From: Octopus sinensis
Lineage: Eukaryota
Reading direction: 5' to 3'
Assembly (NCBI RefSeq): GCF_006345805.1
Contig: NC_043006.1
Location: 87,730,001 to 87,794,000 of the forward strand
Length of the DNA stretch: 64,000 bases
Both the position numbers and the translations under genes were made by a program. The notes beneath the pieces are model-generated. The model worked only from the letters and a program-made list of their open reading frames with translations, made no database searches and was not told the origin of the DNA. Positions 38,661 to 49,994 of this stretch are shown here, piece by piece. Every line of letters begins with the position of its first letter. The stretch's first letter is position 1.

Positions 38661-39099
38661 TAGGGTGTAAAAGAGGGTTGATAATTTCTTGCATTGTCAT
38701 AAGGCCATACACTTTAAGTAGAGCTGAATTGTTGAATAAATAGAAACTAAATATCCCCACTACATGCTTGTTACTTCATCACAAAGTGACTTAGATACAA
38801 GAAATTTAATCATGCATTACACTGTTTCTGCCACCCTCCACCCTTTTTTATACTACATACCAAATGTTGTCAGAACATTTCAAGGTTTTGTATGTTGAAG
38901 CCATCTTTGCTATGATTTCATACCAAATATCATACAATGTTTCAAACTAAACATTAACCACCTAATAATCAATAGGAACCTATCAAGACTTAATTTCCTA
39001 TCTTTTGTTCTTCCTGGGCAAGCGATATGGTTAAGTAGTTCACAACTACATTTTTCGTCAGGTTCAATCTTGCTGAATGGTATTGTTTACTCCAAGAGT

Positions 39100-39332
39100 A
39101 AAGGCGGCGAGCTGGCAGAAATGTTAGCAGGCCGGGCAAAATGTTTAGCGGTATTTCATCTGTCGCTATGTTCTGAGTTCAAATTCCACCTAGGTTGACT
39201 TTGCCTTTCATCCTTTCGGGGTCAATTAAATAAGTACCAGTTATGCACTGCGGTCGATATAATTGACTTAATCCGTTTGTCTGTCCTTGTTTGTCCTCTC
39301 TATGTTTAGTCCCTTGTGGGTAGTAAAGAAAT
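39100..39332 (+). mobile_element. SINE family B with probable target site duplication
   Basis: Full-length copy; ATTGTTTACTCCAAGAG occurs just before (39082) and just after (39337). Confidence 0.88.
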
Positions 39333-41256
39333 AGGCATTGTTTACTCCAAGAGGTATGAGTTAACCATAACTTTGTAATTGAAATTTAGTTGATGGAAAC
39401 TTCATGGAATTCTGTCAACGAAACCATTCCAGTTCTTTGGTGGTAGACTTAAACTGTTGCCCAGTTTAGCACCACTGTAGGTTTTGGGTACCTTTAACAG
39501 AGTTTACTCTGTTGCAAGTTTTCAGACCAAGTACCCAGTTAAGGGATAACGTTCTTCTTCCTACTGATTTTAGAGACTGAAGAAGGTGATGGCACTGCCC
39601 TTTGTCTTCTAACTAAAAATTATCTGCAGCATTTACTGATTGGATATTGTTAATTGATTCAATCTCATAAGAGACAAGGTAGATAGAACCACACAATTTA
39701 CCAATACAACATGAAACAGTCTGATGTTTGCCAAAGCTTTTACCAATAAGTAATTGCAATGATGATGGTAGTGGTGAGATACCAATGATGATGATACCAA
39801 TGAAGATAACAGCAATGACAAAGAAGCCAATAATTATGATAATAGTTTGCTTGCAGCCAACTGGACATTTCTCAGGGAATGGAATGTTTACATGCTATCA
39901 TATAAAATAATTTATATCACTAAAACATGTTTTGATGATTACGTTCAAATCTCATATCAAAAGGTGCTTATATTACAGTATATAATACAAACAAAATTTG
40001 ATAATAATAATATACTTTTGTGGAGAAGAAAATAAGTGTTAAATAGTTTTAAAAAGTAATGTATAACCAAAAATCAATGATTAACATAGTTTTGATCGAT
40101 AAACACCAAACAAAAAAGTGCAGGATGCACTCTGCTTTGTTAAAGTTATTAAGCACAGTGCAATTTTCCACAGCCTCTTGAAATATTTTCAATTGAATAA
40201 GTAGGAGCACTAATCTGGAAGCCATGAGACAAGAGGAAAAGAGAAGATCAATAATCATTACGAGTGGAAACCTTGACAGGGATGACAAAAGGGTACAACT
40301 AGAAAGTAAAAACAGAATAAGAGTGTGATGATTGCAAATCTATTGTGGGTAGCCTATACCCCAGACTGAAGTAAACTAAGAAGAAGAGTCAGAAACAAAC
40401 AGTTCTTCAGTAAGACACCTGAAGCCAACAAAGCTGTGAATACAGGCACCTGAGAAGAGAAAAGGTATACATAAAACTGAAAGTGTGTGAAATTATATGA
40501 AGAGAGTGTGTTCCTTCTTCAGTGAATGACTCTTATTCTTCCTCTGAAACTAATCATATGTACCAACAGATTTCAAAGTCAAGGGATTTATTTTTACGAA
40601 TAATACACAAATATAATTAGGGGCAATTGATGTGATTTCTTTGAAGTAGGATGGATCAGACAGCCATGCTAAGATCAGTTTTGCAGTTTTCCTTTAATTC
40701 CAGCCTTATCACTGAATTTATAGAAAAGAAAAGTAGAGGATATGTGAACTCTTAAAATATACATTCAATCAAGGTATACCGATATTTGACACTAGACCCC
40801 GACCAAAGAGCAGTTAGAGAAGGAAAAATTAGTGCAAAGGAAAAGTACAAACAGGAAACAATCTTAATAATCATTTAAGAATAATAATAATAATAATAAA
40901 TATAATTATAAAATTCTAAGGTGAAGTCAAGGAAGGCTGTATACATTGAAAAATACTTCAAAGATTGCAGAACAGACTAAAAACATAAAGAAAGAGTTGT
41001 TATTGGAATATTTGTACATATATTCATCTAGCTAAATGCACCTTAAAATGCGCAACAGCAACAACAGAAAGAGAAAAACTAAACAAAAATTGAAACCCAG
41101 TTGATAAACTACCTATTCAGAGTTGATTTCTTTCGGATCTTTTTTCATATTTTTGTAGATGGTAGGAATTTTATTAAATCAGGTATAAATCAAACAGTAA
41201 ACATGAAAGGGACTTGATATATGAGCCTGTGTTTGCATATGTACATGTAATAAATG

Positions 41257-41288
<32 letters not shown>

Positions 41289-42442
41289 TATACAATTATA
41301 CACATACATACATACACACACATATACAATTATACACATACATACACACGCACATATATATATACACTCACACATCCATATCTGAAAATGTTAAATAAAA
41401 AAGAATTCAGTTAAATCAGAAAGATCAAAGAAATGTATCAAGAAAAGTTTTTCTTTATTATTATAATTTTATGCCTAAAATATATGGCTGTGTAGTTAAG
41501 AGGTTTGCTTCAAAACTTTTTAATTTTAGGTTTGATTTCACTAGGTAGAGCTGTGGACGAATATCTTATCCTATAACCTCAGGGAAACTAATATCTTCTG
41601 AGTCAAATTTGGTAAATGTACACTTTGTAAAAACCATGAGTACATGTGTATGCATATGCTGTGTACATGTAAGTGCATGGATGTGCATATCTGTTTGTTG
41701 GGTCTATGTTCTAAAATTGTGCATGTGTGTGTATGCAGGTGCACCTTTGTGCATGTTTTTTGGTTTGTCCCTTTTTGTTCTCTAATTGTGACAGTTTAGT
41801 AGAGAAATCAATAAAAGAAATAGATTGATGTACTAGAGTTGAAAATTTTAAATTTTTGACTCAGGTGGCCACTGTGCAATGATAAATTGGCAACAGAATA
41901 AAAATAATTGTACACATGCATAAAAAGATGTACATACACACATAACTAAATGTACAAATGAAATAAAAATAAATTCAACACTTTGATGAATTTAAATATC
42001 TGTATTAAGTTTCACTCAAGACAGCATTACTTAAGGTTTCACAGACGCAAAAAATGCATCAATAAATCTATGTAATGCATAATTGTACAATTACTTATAT
42101 CATCATCATCATTATGTGCTTGGTTAGGTTATGTGAGAACTTTGCATCAGATTTGAATGTTACTGTTGAAACAATGATAGGAATAGAGATCTATGAACAA
42201 GATTGCTGTATGTAAGTTGTATAAACAAAACTTTCACCACATCTTTTATACATATTTGTAGTTCTCAGATTTAAGTATCATATAGGAATGTGCAAAACAT
42301 GAACAAGTTTAATTCAGAGAAAGTTTATCAAATACTTATAGAGAAATATTTTATTATAGTTCTTTGCTGTTTTAAGGATTTAAAAATATTTACACATTGT
42401 GTTTACTTACAGCTATGATAGCTTTAGATATATATATATATA

Positions 42443-42840
42443 GGCGCAGGAGTGGCTGTGTGGTAAGTAGCTTGTTTACCAACCACATGGTTCCGGGTTC
42501 AGTCCCACTGCGTGGCACCTTGGGTAAGTGTCTTCTACTATAGCCTCGGGCCGACCAAAGCCTTGTGAATGGATTTGGTAGATGGAAACTGAAAGAAGCC
42601 CATTGTATATATGTATATATATGTATGTGTGTGTATGTTTGTGTTTGTGCGTTTGTCCCCCTAGCATTGCTTGACAACCGATGCTGGTGTGTTTATGTCG
42701 CCGTCACTTAGCGGTTCAGCAAAAGAGACCGATAGTATAAGTACTGGGCTTACAAAGAATAAGTCCCGGGGTCGAGTTGCTCGACTAAAGGCGGTGCCCC
42801 AGCATGGTCGCGGTCAAATGACTGAAACAAGTAAAAGAGT
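42443..42840 (+). mobile_element. SINE family A, full length
   Basis: GGCGCAGGAGTGGCTGTGTGGTAAG (A box)...GGTTCAGTCCC (B box)...GTAAAAGAG, between TA repeats. Confidence 0.9.
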
Positions 42841-42848
42841 ATATATAT

Positions 42849-43021
42849 ACAAATTGAGATAGGGGTTGTAAATGCAACCCTCCATGTACACTGTTTTGTT
42901 CTACTTTTTGATGTTTAACCTTATAGTTTCTTATGTGGTGGTTTAATAAAGTATGTGATTGAGTATTATCTGGTAATTGATAATTGATTTTGATGTATTT
43001 CTCCATTTTCTTATTTTGTAT
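42849..43021 (+). mobile_element. Internally deleted copy of the 1361-1926 element
   Basis: Reverse complement of 1361-1498 joined to 1892-1926 at a CAT microhomology. Confidence 0.85.
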
Positions 43022-43025
43022 ATAT

Positions 43026-43282
43026 ATCATGTTATGTGTGTATATGTAAGATATATATATACATATATCTGTCCACTTCTTAACAACTTGAAGGAAAAAT
43101 GTTGTTTCTGCTAGTAAAAATAATATATATATATGCATATATACATATATTCATACATATATATATATATATATTTATATATTATTTTTACTAGCAGAAA
43201 CAACATTTTTCCTTCAAGTTGTTAAGAAGTGGACAGATATATGTATATATATATATCTTACATATACACACATAACATGATA
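43026..43282. repeat. Inverted duplication with TA-rich spacer
   Basis: 43026-43125 is the reverse complement of about 43180-43282, near perfect. Confidence 0.93.
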
Positions 43283-43441
43283 GCATGAACATTTTTAGGT
43301 TTCCCCCTTTTCTTTTATGCTGATATGGGTTAGATCAAACTTTGTTGCAGCACTATACTACAGCTTGATGTCCTTTCTGTCACTAACCTTGTTTTCAAGT
43401 AAGATAGCCTTGTATGTATGTATATTTTATCCAACCCCTGC

Positions 43442-43652
43442 ATATATATAAAAAAACAAAATCAAATGCACTTATACAAAGTATGTGTTTTGTTAGCTCG
43501 TGGGTCAGCTGTGATTTGTAGGCATAAGAGAATATATTCTATTACACCTAAAAGCCATATTCTCTTATGCCTAAAGCTGACCCATGAGCTAACAAAACAC
43601 ATACCTTGTATAAGTGCATTCTATTTTGTTTTGTTTATATATATATATATAT
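43442..43652. repeat. Imperfect ~210-bp palindrome flanked by (TA)n
   Basis: AATGCACTTATACAAAGTATGTGTTTTGTTAGCTCGTGGGTCAGCT...TAGGCATAAGAGAATAT mirrored by ATATTCTCTTATGCCTA-AAGCTGACCCATGAGCTAACAAAACACATACCTTGTATAAGTGCATT. Confidence 0.9.
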
Positions 43653-43654
43653 TT

Positions 43655-44566
43655 TGTTATGAACCTGCCGTCACTCAACTTGAACTCGGGACCCTAAGCC
43701 AAGCGACGACAACAACCACGCTCAGTCAAACGGAAATCCACCACAGAAAACGGTGGTAGATTGGCAGCGAACGCAGACCAGAGACAACAACAACAGGAAG
43801 GGAGAGACACGGCGGAAGGCAGTTGCTTACATTTAACAACAGTTTATACAATTGTTACAACATCAATCAAAACGTAATACATTGCCGTTACATAAAAGAA
43901 AATACAGAGTTAAAAAGAAAAACAATAATAAATGCATGCACAATACAGAACATCCGAAAACAATCCACATTAATGTTCAACACAATACAGAGTTCGAAAA
44001 CAGTCCACATTAAAGTCTTTCCTTTTTCTCTTCAACAGATTACAGTTTACGTCACAATGTTCTTTTCCCCTTTTTTTTAACACAGTTCACAAGTTCTTTT
44101 CTCTTTTCTTTTAACGCACATCACCACCAAAAATTCAACAACGAAAACATAAACAGAACATTACCGTACGTTTTCTAGTCTGCAACACTCCCTGAATCAT
44201 CACAAAAGCTCCCACTACAAATAGCCATGCCTTCTCACCGTCATCTCCATCTCACTGTCTTATCCCCTCCGCTCACGATCTGACTGAACTGTCTCTGGCC
44301 AACCCTCACGCCAAACTGACCTGTTGCCAACTGACTGTCTCAGGCAAAACTGACCAACAAACACCAGCTCGCCGCATTTTAAAGGGTGGTAGATTTATTT
44401 TTTCTTAAACTTTGCTTGACCGAATAAGGGTCAGAGGTATCTTCCAACCTCATTAATTTCCCTTACCGGTGACAAGACAAAGCCAAATAACTTGTCTCCC
44501 CAGTCCATCTGGCACCAAACCATAAAACTGGGTCACACCACTTTTTCTCCGACTGACCTCATATCA
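43655..44566. mobile_element. Probable solo LTR (Gypsy-like)
   Basis: 912-bp non-coding CpG-retaining island between TA tracts with termini TGTTATGA...TCATATCA; flanks ATTT/ATAT. Confidence 0.6.
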
Positions 44567-44615
<49 letters not shown>

Positions 44616-44617
<2 letters not shown>

Positions 44618-45856
44618 GGGGTTGGATAAAATAATGTTAATACCTAGCATCATAATTTTGAAATATCTATAAAACCATAAAAAGCTGGTTTATCTTTATG
44701 TTTTTGATTTATTATTAGTGTTGCTTAATATGTTTTGCTTAAATTGCTGTTTCTTTTCAGATATCAGAAAAAGGTAATTAAAATTTATTAAAATGAGATC
44801 TATTGGACTTTCGAAGAAGGCAAATTGTTGGTGCTCGTATGGCAGGCACTAGCATAACGAAAACAGCCAAAATGTTTGGTGTATCAAGAAGTACTGCATC
44901 AAAAGTTATGACAGCCTCTGAGAAAGAGAGAAAAACTTCCCCATCAAATCAAAACTCCAGAAGAAAACCAAAACTCTCAGATAGGAACAGTCGGACTTTT
45001 ATGCAAATTGTTAGAAAAGATCACAAAAGGACAGCTCCCAAAATTACTGCAGTGCTTAATGACCACCTCGAGAACCTAGTTTCCACAAAAACTGTTTGCC
45101 AGGAGCTGCACAAACCCAGATTTCACGGAAGGGATGCAATCAGAAAACCACTACTTTCAAAAACAAATGTTGCAAAGCATTTAGAGTGGAGTAAAAACCT
45201 ACAGAATTGGTCCCTAGAACATGCTATTTTCTCAGACACATCATCCTTTACCTTATTTCCGACCACCGGCTGAGTATACGTGTAGAGACAGCTAAAAGAA
45301 GCATTTGACCCAGTTCTTCCAACTGTTAAACATGGAGGAGGATCTGTGATGATTTGGTGGGGCTATATCTTAGAAATCCACTGGTCCAATGGTTTCCTTC
45401 ATGGCAGAATTAATAGTCAAGACTATTTAAGCATTTTATCTGATCAAATTCATCCTATGGTTGTGGAACTGTTTCTGGAGGGAAACGCAATCTTTCAGGA
45501 TGATAATGCACCAATTCACACAGCTAAAGTTGTTACTGAATGGCACAAGGAACATTCTAATGAAGTTGAACATTTTATCTGGCCACCATAGTCCCCAGAT
45601 TTCAATATTATTGGACATTTATGGTGTATTTTAGAAAAACAAGTAAGGAGTCAATACCCTCCACCATCATCACTACAAGAAATGGAGACTATTTTAGTTG
45701 AAGAATGGACAAAAATTCCTTTGAAAACAATTCAAACTTTGTATGAGTCCATACCTCATAGAATTCAAGCTGTAATTACTGCCAAAGGCAGTCCTACTCC
45801 ATATTAAAATAAGTTTGTTTGAAATTTTAAGGTGTTTCCATTATTTTGTTCAGCCC

Positions 45857-45859
<3 letters not shown>
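44616..45859 (+). mobile_element. Tc1-like transposon, full length, inactivated
   Basis: TIRs CAGGGGTTGGATAAAATAATG / CATTATTTTGTTCAGCCCCTG within (TA)n; transposase 44793-45807 with paired-like HTH, IFSD, FQDDNAPIH, WPP*SPDFNII, stops and frameshifts. Confidence 0.93.
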
Positions 45860-45898
<39 letters not shown>

Positions 45899-45901
<3 letters not shown>

Positions 45902-46712
45902 ACTTTTTACACCAGCACTGAAGTGTCCTCTCCAGTTTTGTGCAGGCCTGGGCTAGAAATAAGAAAATCCTGGGTAGCCCAATTGTCAGGATTCCTCTCT
46001 CGACCTTTCTGACGTAGTCCAAAGGAGTGCAGAGCATTATGTTTGGCACCAGCTTGGTTGCAGGAGCTGCCGGAAGAGTATCAAGTCAAACACTAAACCG
46101 CCTTTGGGGCTCCACTCCGGATTTCTTTGAAGGTTGTCTCCTTTCCATAACCCTGGATAGGGACCCATACCAGGTACTATCAGCCGGAGCCAGCTGAGCC
46201 TGGGACTTTTGTCAGGCAGGGTCGTCACTCCCCGAAGTAGTGAAGAAATTCGCTACCAAGGCTTGGACATGTTAGCCGTATGGAAGATGGCAGAATCCCC
46301 AAGGACATACTCTACGGAGAGCTTGCTTGGGGAACTAGGTCTGTGGGAAGACCATTCTTACGATACAAGGATGTTTGCAAAAGGGACATGAAGGCCTGTG
46401 ATATCAATATTAGCAACTGGGAGGTTGTTGCCAGCAACCATGGAGGATGGTGACGTACCGTAAAAGAGGGAACACAAAGGAGTGACATAGAGAGAGAGGA
46501 GAAATGGAAAGACAAAAAAAGACGTCAACAAGAAACTATGACATTACAACCAGCCAGGCAAAGTCTTCGCTACATTTGCGGCACCTGCCAGAGGGAGTGT
46601 TTGTGACTACACAGCCACAGCAGATGTATTAGGACATGAAATGTAAAAGCCGAACTAGATTATTTTAAGCACAACTCCATTGTCTCCCAAGACAAAAATG
46701 ATGCCAACAACA
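45899..46712 (+). mobile_element. RTE-clade LINE derivative, putative 5' UTR fused to 3' end
   Basis: From 46262 reads LGHVSRMEDGRIPKDILYGELAWGTRSVGRPFLRYKDVCKRDMK...YICGTCQREC, typical RTE C-terminus; (CAA)n-like tail; upstream ~350 bp is GC-rich and non-coding. Confidence 0.75.
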
Positions 46713-47654
46713 CAGCGCATATATATATATAATCTTAAAATAAAAAACCACAAATCTTGCTGATACAGCTACCCAGGGTTTCCTGGTCAAAATAATAATT
46801 CATTCTGCCAATTTTCATGCTGAAAACAAGACTGCTTGTCAGTTGTCTTCTGAGCAGACAACGTTTAAACAAGAGACACTTGTAAAGATGACAAGGAGAA
46901 AAACAAAAGGGAGAAAACCAAAATTACAATAATTTTAATGTCAAGAAATATTTGGAATGGCAGTCTCATATTTATAATGGGGCCCTAGAAGATAGCAGCT
47001 TTACTGATAAAATCTTCTACAATCCCTCACCTCCTTTATCATCTGGTCATAAGAATAGGTCTTAGAAAGTTTTATGGTTCACCCCCGCTCCTTTCTTCAT
47101 TAATGTTAGAACAAATGTAGATAGAGGATTCTTGCACTTAGTAGATATCCACTTCCCTAGAACACAAGAGACAGATACATGATAAAACCCCAACCCTTAT
47201 TCAGGTACTTTTTGAGTGGGATGGTTCAAGGTTTCAGCACATTGATTTTGTTCTTGAAATAAGTTTTGATTAAATTACCATAGTTTGACTGACAGAGTGA
47301 CAGAGAAGTTGGGTTCTTGTAAATACAGCTATCCAAGATTTGTGGATTTTAATTTTACAAGATAAACTGGTCAAGCGATTTTCTACTTGTTGAAGCATTT
47401 ACCACATTATATATCATTGCTATTATGCAAAAGTGTTGTAAGTCCAACACACTGCTGTTTCAGAAAATGAAGAAATAGCTTCACCATTTCATAGCAAAGC
47501 CATTGTACTACACCTTGACAATTTTTGATATCTTGGCATCTGAAGTAGCTGAATATGGTAGTTTGACCAAATGAACCAGCTATTGCAAGCAAAAATAAAT
47601 ATTGAATAAGACACATTTGGCCAAATTTGGACATACAGTTTAACATAACAGCAA

Positions 47655-47692
<38 letters not shown>

Positions 47693-47694
<2 letters not shown>

Positions 47695-48304
47695 GAAATA
47701 TTAAAATTACTAAGTCTCTCTAAAGGAGATTACGACAGCGTTACTGGAAATTAATAGTTATCGCCATACTAATATGGCAGTCTTATAAATATAAGACTAA
47801 AGCTGTCGCTGATTAGCTCCATGAGGCCATCGCCTTAAGCTAGCTATTTGACACACAAACTGCGTCCATTATAAACCTTCAAATAGCTAGCTTAAGGCGA
47901 TGGCCTCATGGAGCTAATCAGCGACAGCTTTAGTCTTATATTTATAAGACTGCCATATTAGTATGGCGATAACTATTAATTTCCAGTAACGCTGTCGTAA
48001 TCTCCTTTAGAGAGACTTAGTAATTTTAATATTTCTAGGTAAATAAAGACTTCGAACTGGGACGATCAGTAGTGACACCTGCAAGTCTGACTACGCTGCA
48101 TTGATAAGGGGCAACAACCCTGAAACGTCGTCTGTAGCTGTCTGACTGGCAGGATGAAGCGGCTGACCTCCCTTGTTCGAAGGTTTATAATGGACGCAGT
48201 TTGTGTGTCAAATAGCTAGCTTAAGGCGATGGCCTTATGGAGCTAATCAGTGACAGCTTTAGTCTTATATTTATAAGACTGCCATATTAGTATGGCGATA
48301 ACTA

Positions 48305-48309
<5 letters not shown>
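47693..48309 (+). mobile_element. Hammerhead-bearing 329-bp repeat, 1.3 tandem units plus inverted 5' copy (retrozyme/Penelope-like)
   Basis: 47880-47980 repeats at 48209-48309; 47693-47880 is the reverse complement of the unit across its junction; flanked by (TA)n. Confidence 0.85.
48095..48138 (+). ncRNA. Type I hammerhead motif, U3-A8 core
   Basis: GCTGCA-TTGATAA-GGGG-CAACAA-CCCT-GAAA-CGTCG-TC-TGTAGC: 6-bp stem I, stem II, short stem III, GUC site. Confidence 0.72.
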
Positions 48310-48339
<30 letters not shown>

Positions 48340-49405
48340 GAGAGAAGGGAGCCTCACCTGACTGCTTACAACAGAATGGGCTCCACCAAAGCACCTGAGA
48401 CGACCATTAGAATGTTTAGCAGGCCTTATATTCTTACAGTTACACTAACCCTAAATTGATACTTTATATATTAACCCTGAAAGGATGAAAAGCAAAGGGG
48501 ATTAGACCTCAGAGGGGTTTGAGCACAGATTCAAAACAAATACCACAAGGCATTCTATACAACGCTAATGACAGCTAAATATTAGTTACTCATTGTACAT
48601 GCATTTATACACACATACATGCAAGCAGATGTGTAGGGATCTACTCAAATTATTTCTGAAATAAAAATTATATAAACTGTAGAAATAAAAAATATATAAA
48701 ATGAAGTATATATATTTTTGCTTATATAAAAACAAAATTCAAATATTTATTGTAATAAGGGCAATATGACTATTGTGTGTGTATATGCATAACATATATA
48801 TACTCCAAAACAGGGCTTTTTCCATATAACAAATATCAAAGTTATAGAAAATACAATTATACTAGTTCTGATTTTTATATATGTATTGTTTTTTTTTGTT
48901 TTTTTTTAAATTATTCTAGCATTTACTTTGTTTTTATTGAACTCATCCATAGCTTCTCTAAGTTCCCAGAAGTTAGCTTTAATATTTGAAACTGTTATCC
49001 ATTTTTTGAAATTATTCAGCAAAATATTAAAAACTATTCTTACATAAGCATTCATTTAGTGAACGGTCCACCTCACTTACAGAGAAGTGAAATGAAAGTA
49101 AAATGAAGAAAATGGAAAGAAAAAGGTACTCATGGTATTTTTGTATAAATAAAATCAACCAAAACTGTATTAGAATTAAACAGTGAAAATTATGCACATC
49201 AATGGAAAATATATTTTTCAAATTGTGTGTGTGTATAAATATATATATATATATATTGGACTAGTTACCCTTATTAAAACTTTACTCATTTAAAATGATA
49301 GAGTTATTTAAAGGAAATTTGAGTATTGTATCTAGGTCTTCCTTCCTCAGCACGGAATAAACTTAGGTGTTGTGTGACCTCAGATTAGTCATATTTGAAA
49401 AAACA

Positions 49406-49530
49406 TCATGAAAGGCACAAACTATATTGTTCGATACAGATTTCATTTAAGGGAGTGATTTCTGAGAGATTTGACTGGCACTTGCAATAGCTTGTGCAAA
49501 TATTAGTAGCAGCCTCTTCATTAAGATTGT
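49406..49530 (-). CDS. Candidate Cys-rich exon (LRRNT-like or small secreted peptide), possibly pseudogenic
   Basis: Acceptor TTTATTTGCAG; phase 1 matches the 52221 donor; reads (D)NLNEEAATNICTSYCKCQSNLSEITPLNEICIEQYSLCLS*. Confidence 0.3.
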
Positions 49531-49958
49531 CTGCAAATAAACTATCATTTTTTCCATGTCTCCTATTATATATAAATTGTATGAAAACAGAAAAAAGTTT
49601 CATATTTTGAATTAGATTTTAATTTAGAGTAAGTATATTCTGTACCAACTGACATTTTTTGGTGGGGGTCAGGATACTGTAAATATAATTTTAGAAATTA
49701 TAAGGCCATTTGTACGGAGAAAAAATAGTTCAGATGAGGAAGAGTTAAAGTAGGAGACCTGATGGTCCTAGATTTCAGCATGTTGACTTTTGTTCTTGAA
49801 ATAAGTACTGATTACATCACCACAGTTTGACTTGGAGTAACATAGAAGTTAGGTTCTGGGCACATATAGAGAGAATTCACAAAAAAAACAAAAGAGGAAG
49901 ACAGGTGGTGTAGACTATAAACAGATGTATTATTTTAACGCTCAGGAAGTGAAAAAGT

Positions 49959-49994
49959 CTTTTACGTTTCGAGCCTACGCCCTTCCACAGAAAG
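49959..49994 (-). ncRNA. Minimal hammerhead-like motif, variant core CUGUGGA, in a short repeat (about 49870-50035)
   Basis: Minus strand CTTT-CTGTGGA-A-GGGC-GTAG-GCTC-GAAA-CG-TA-AAAG; flank related to the 35636 locus. Confidence 0.55.

Noticed and set aside
40360-40465. Strong minus-strand acceptor before a hydrophobic frame
   Set aside because: More simply the AAG-rich tail of a decayed RTE on the plus strand; no good donor
49385-49408. TGA followed by TGT as possible selenocysteine readthrough (CLS-U-CFFKYD)
   Set aside because: No SECIS-like stem recognised downstream, and the exon itself is tentative
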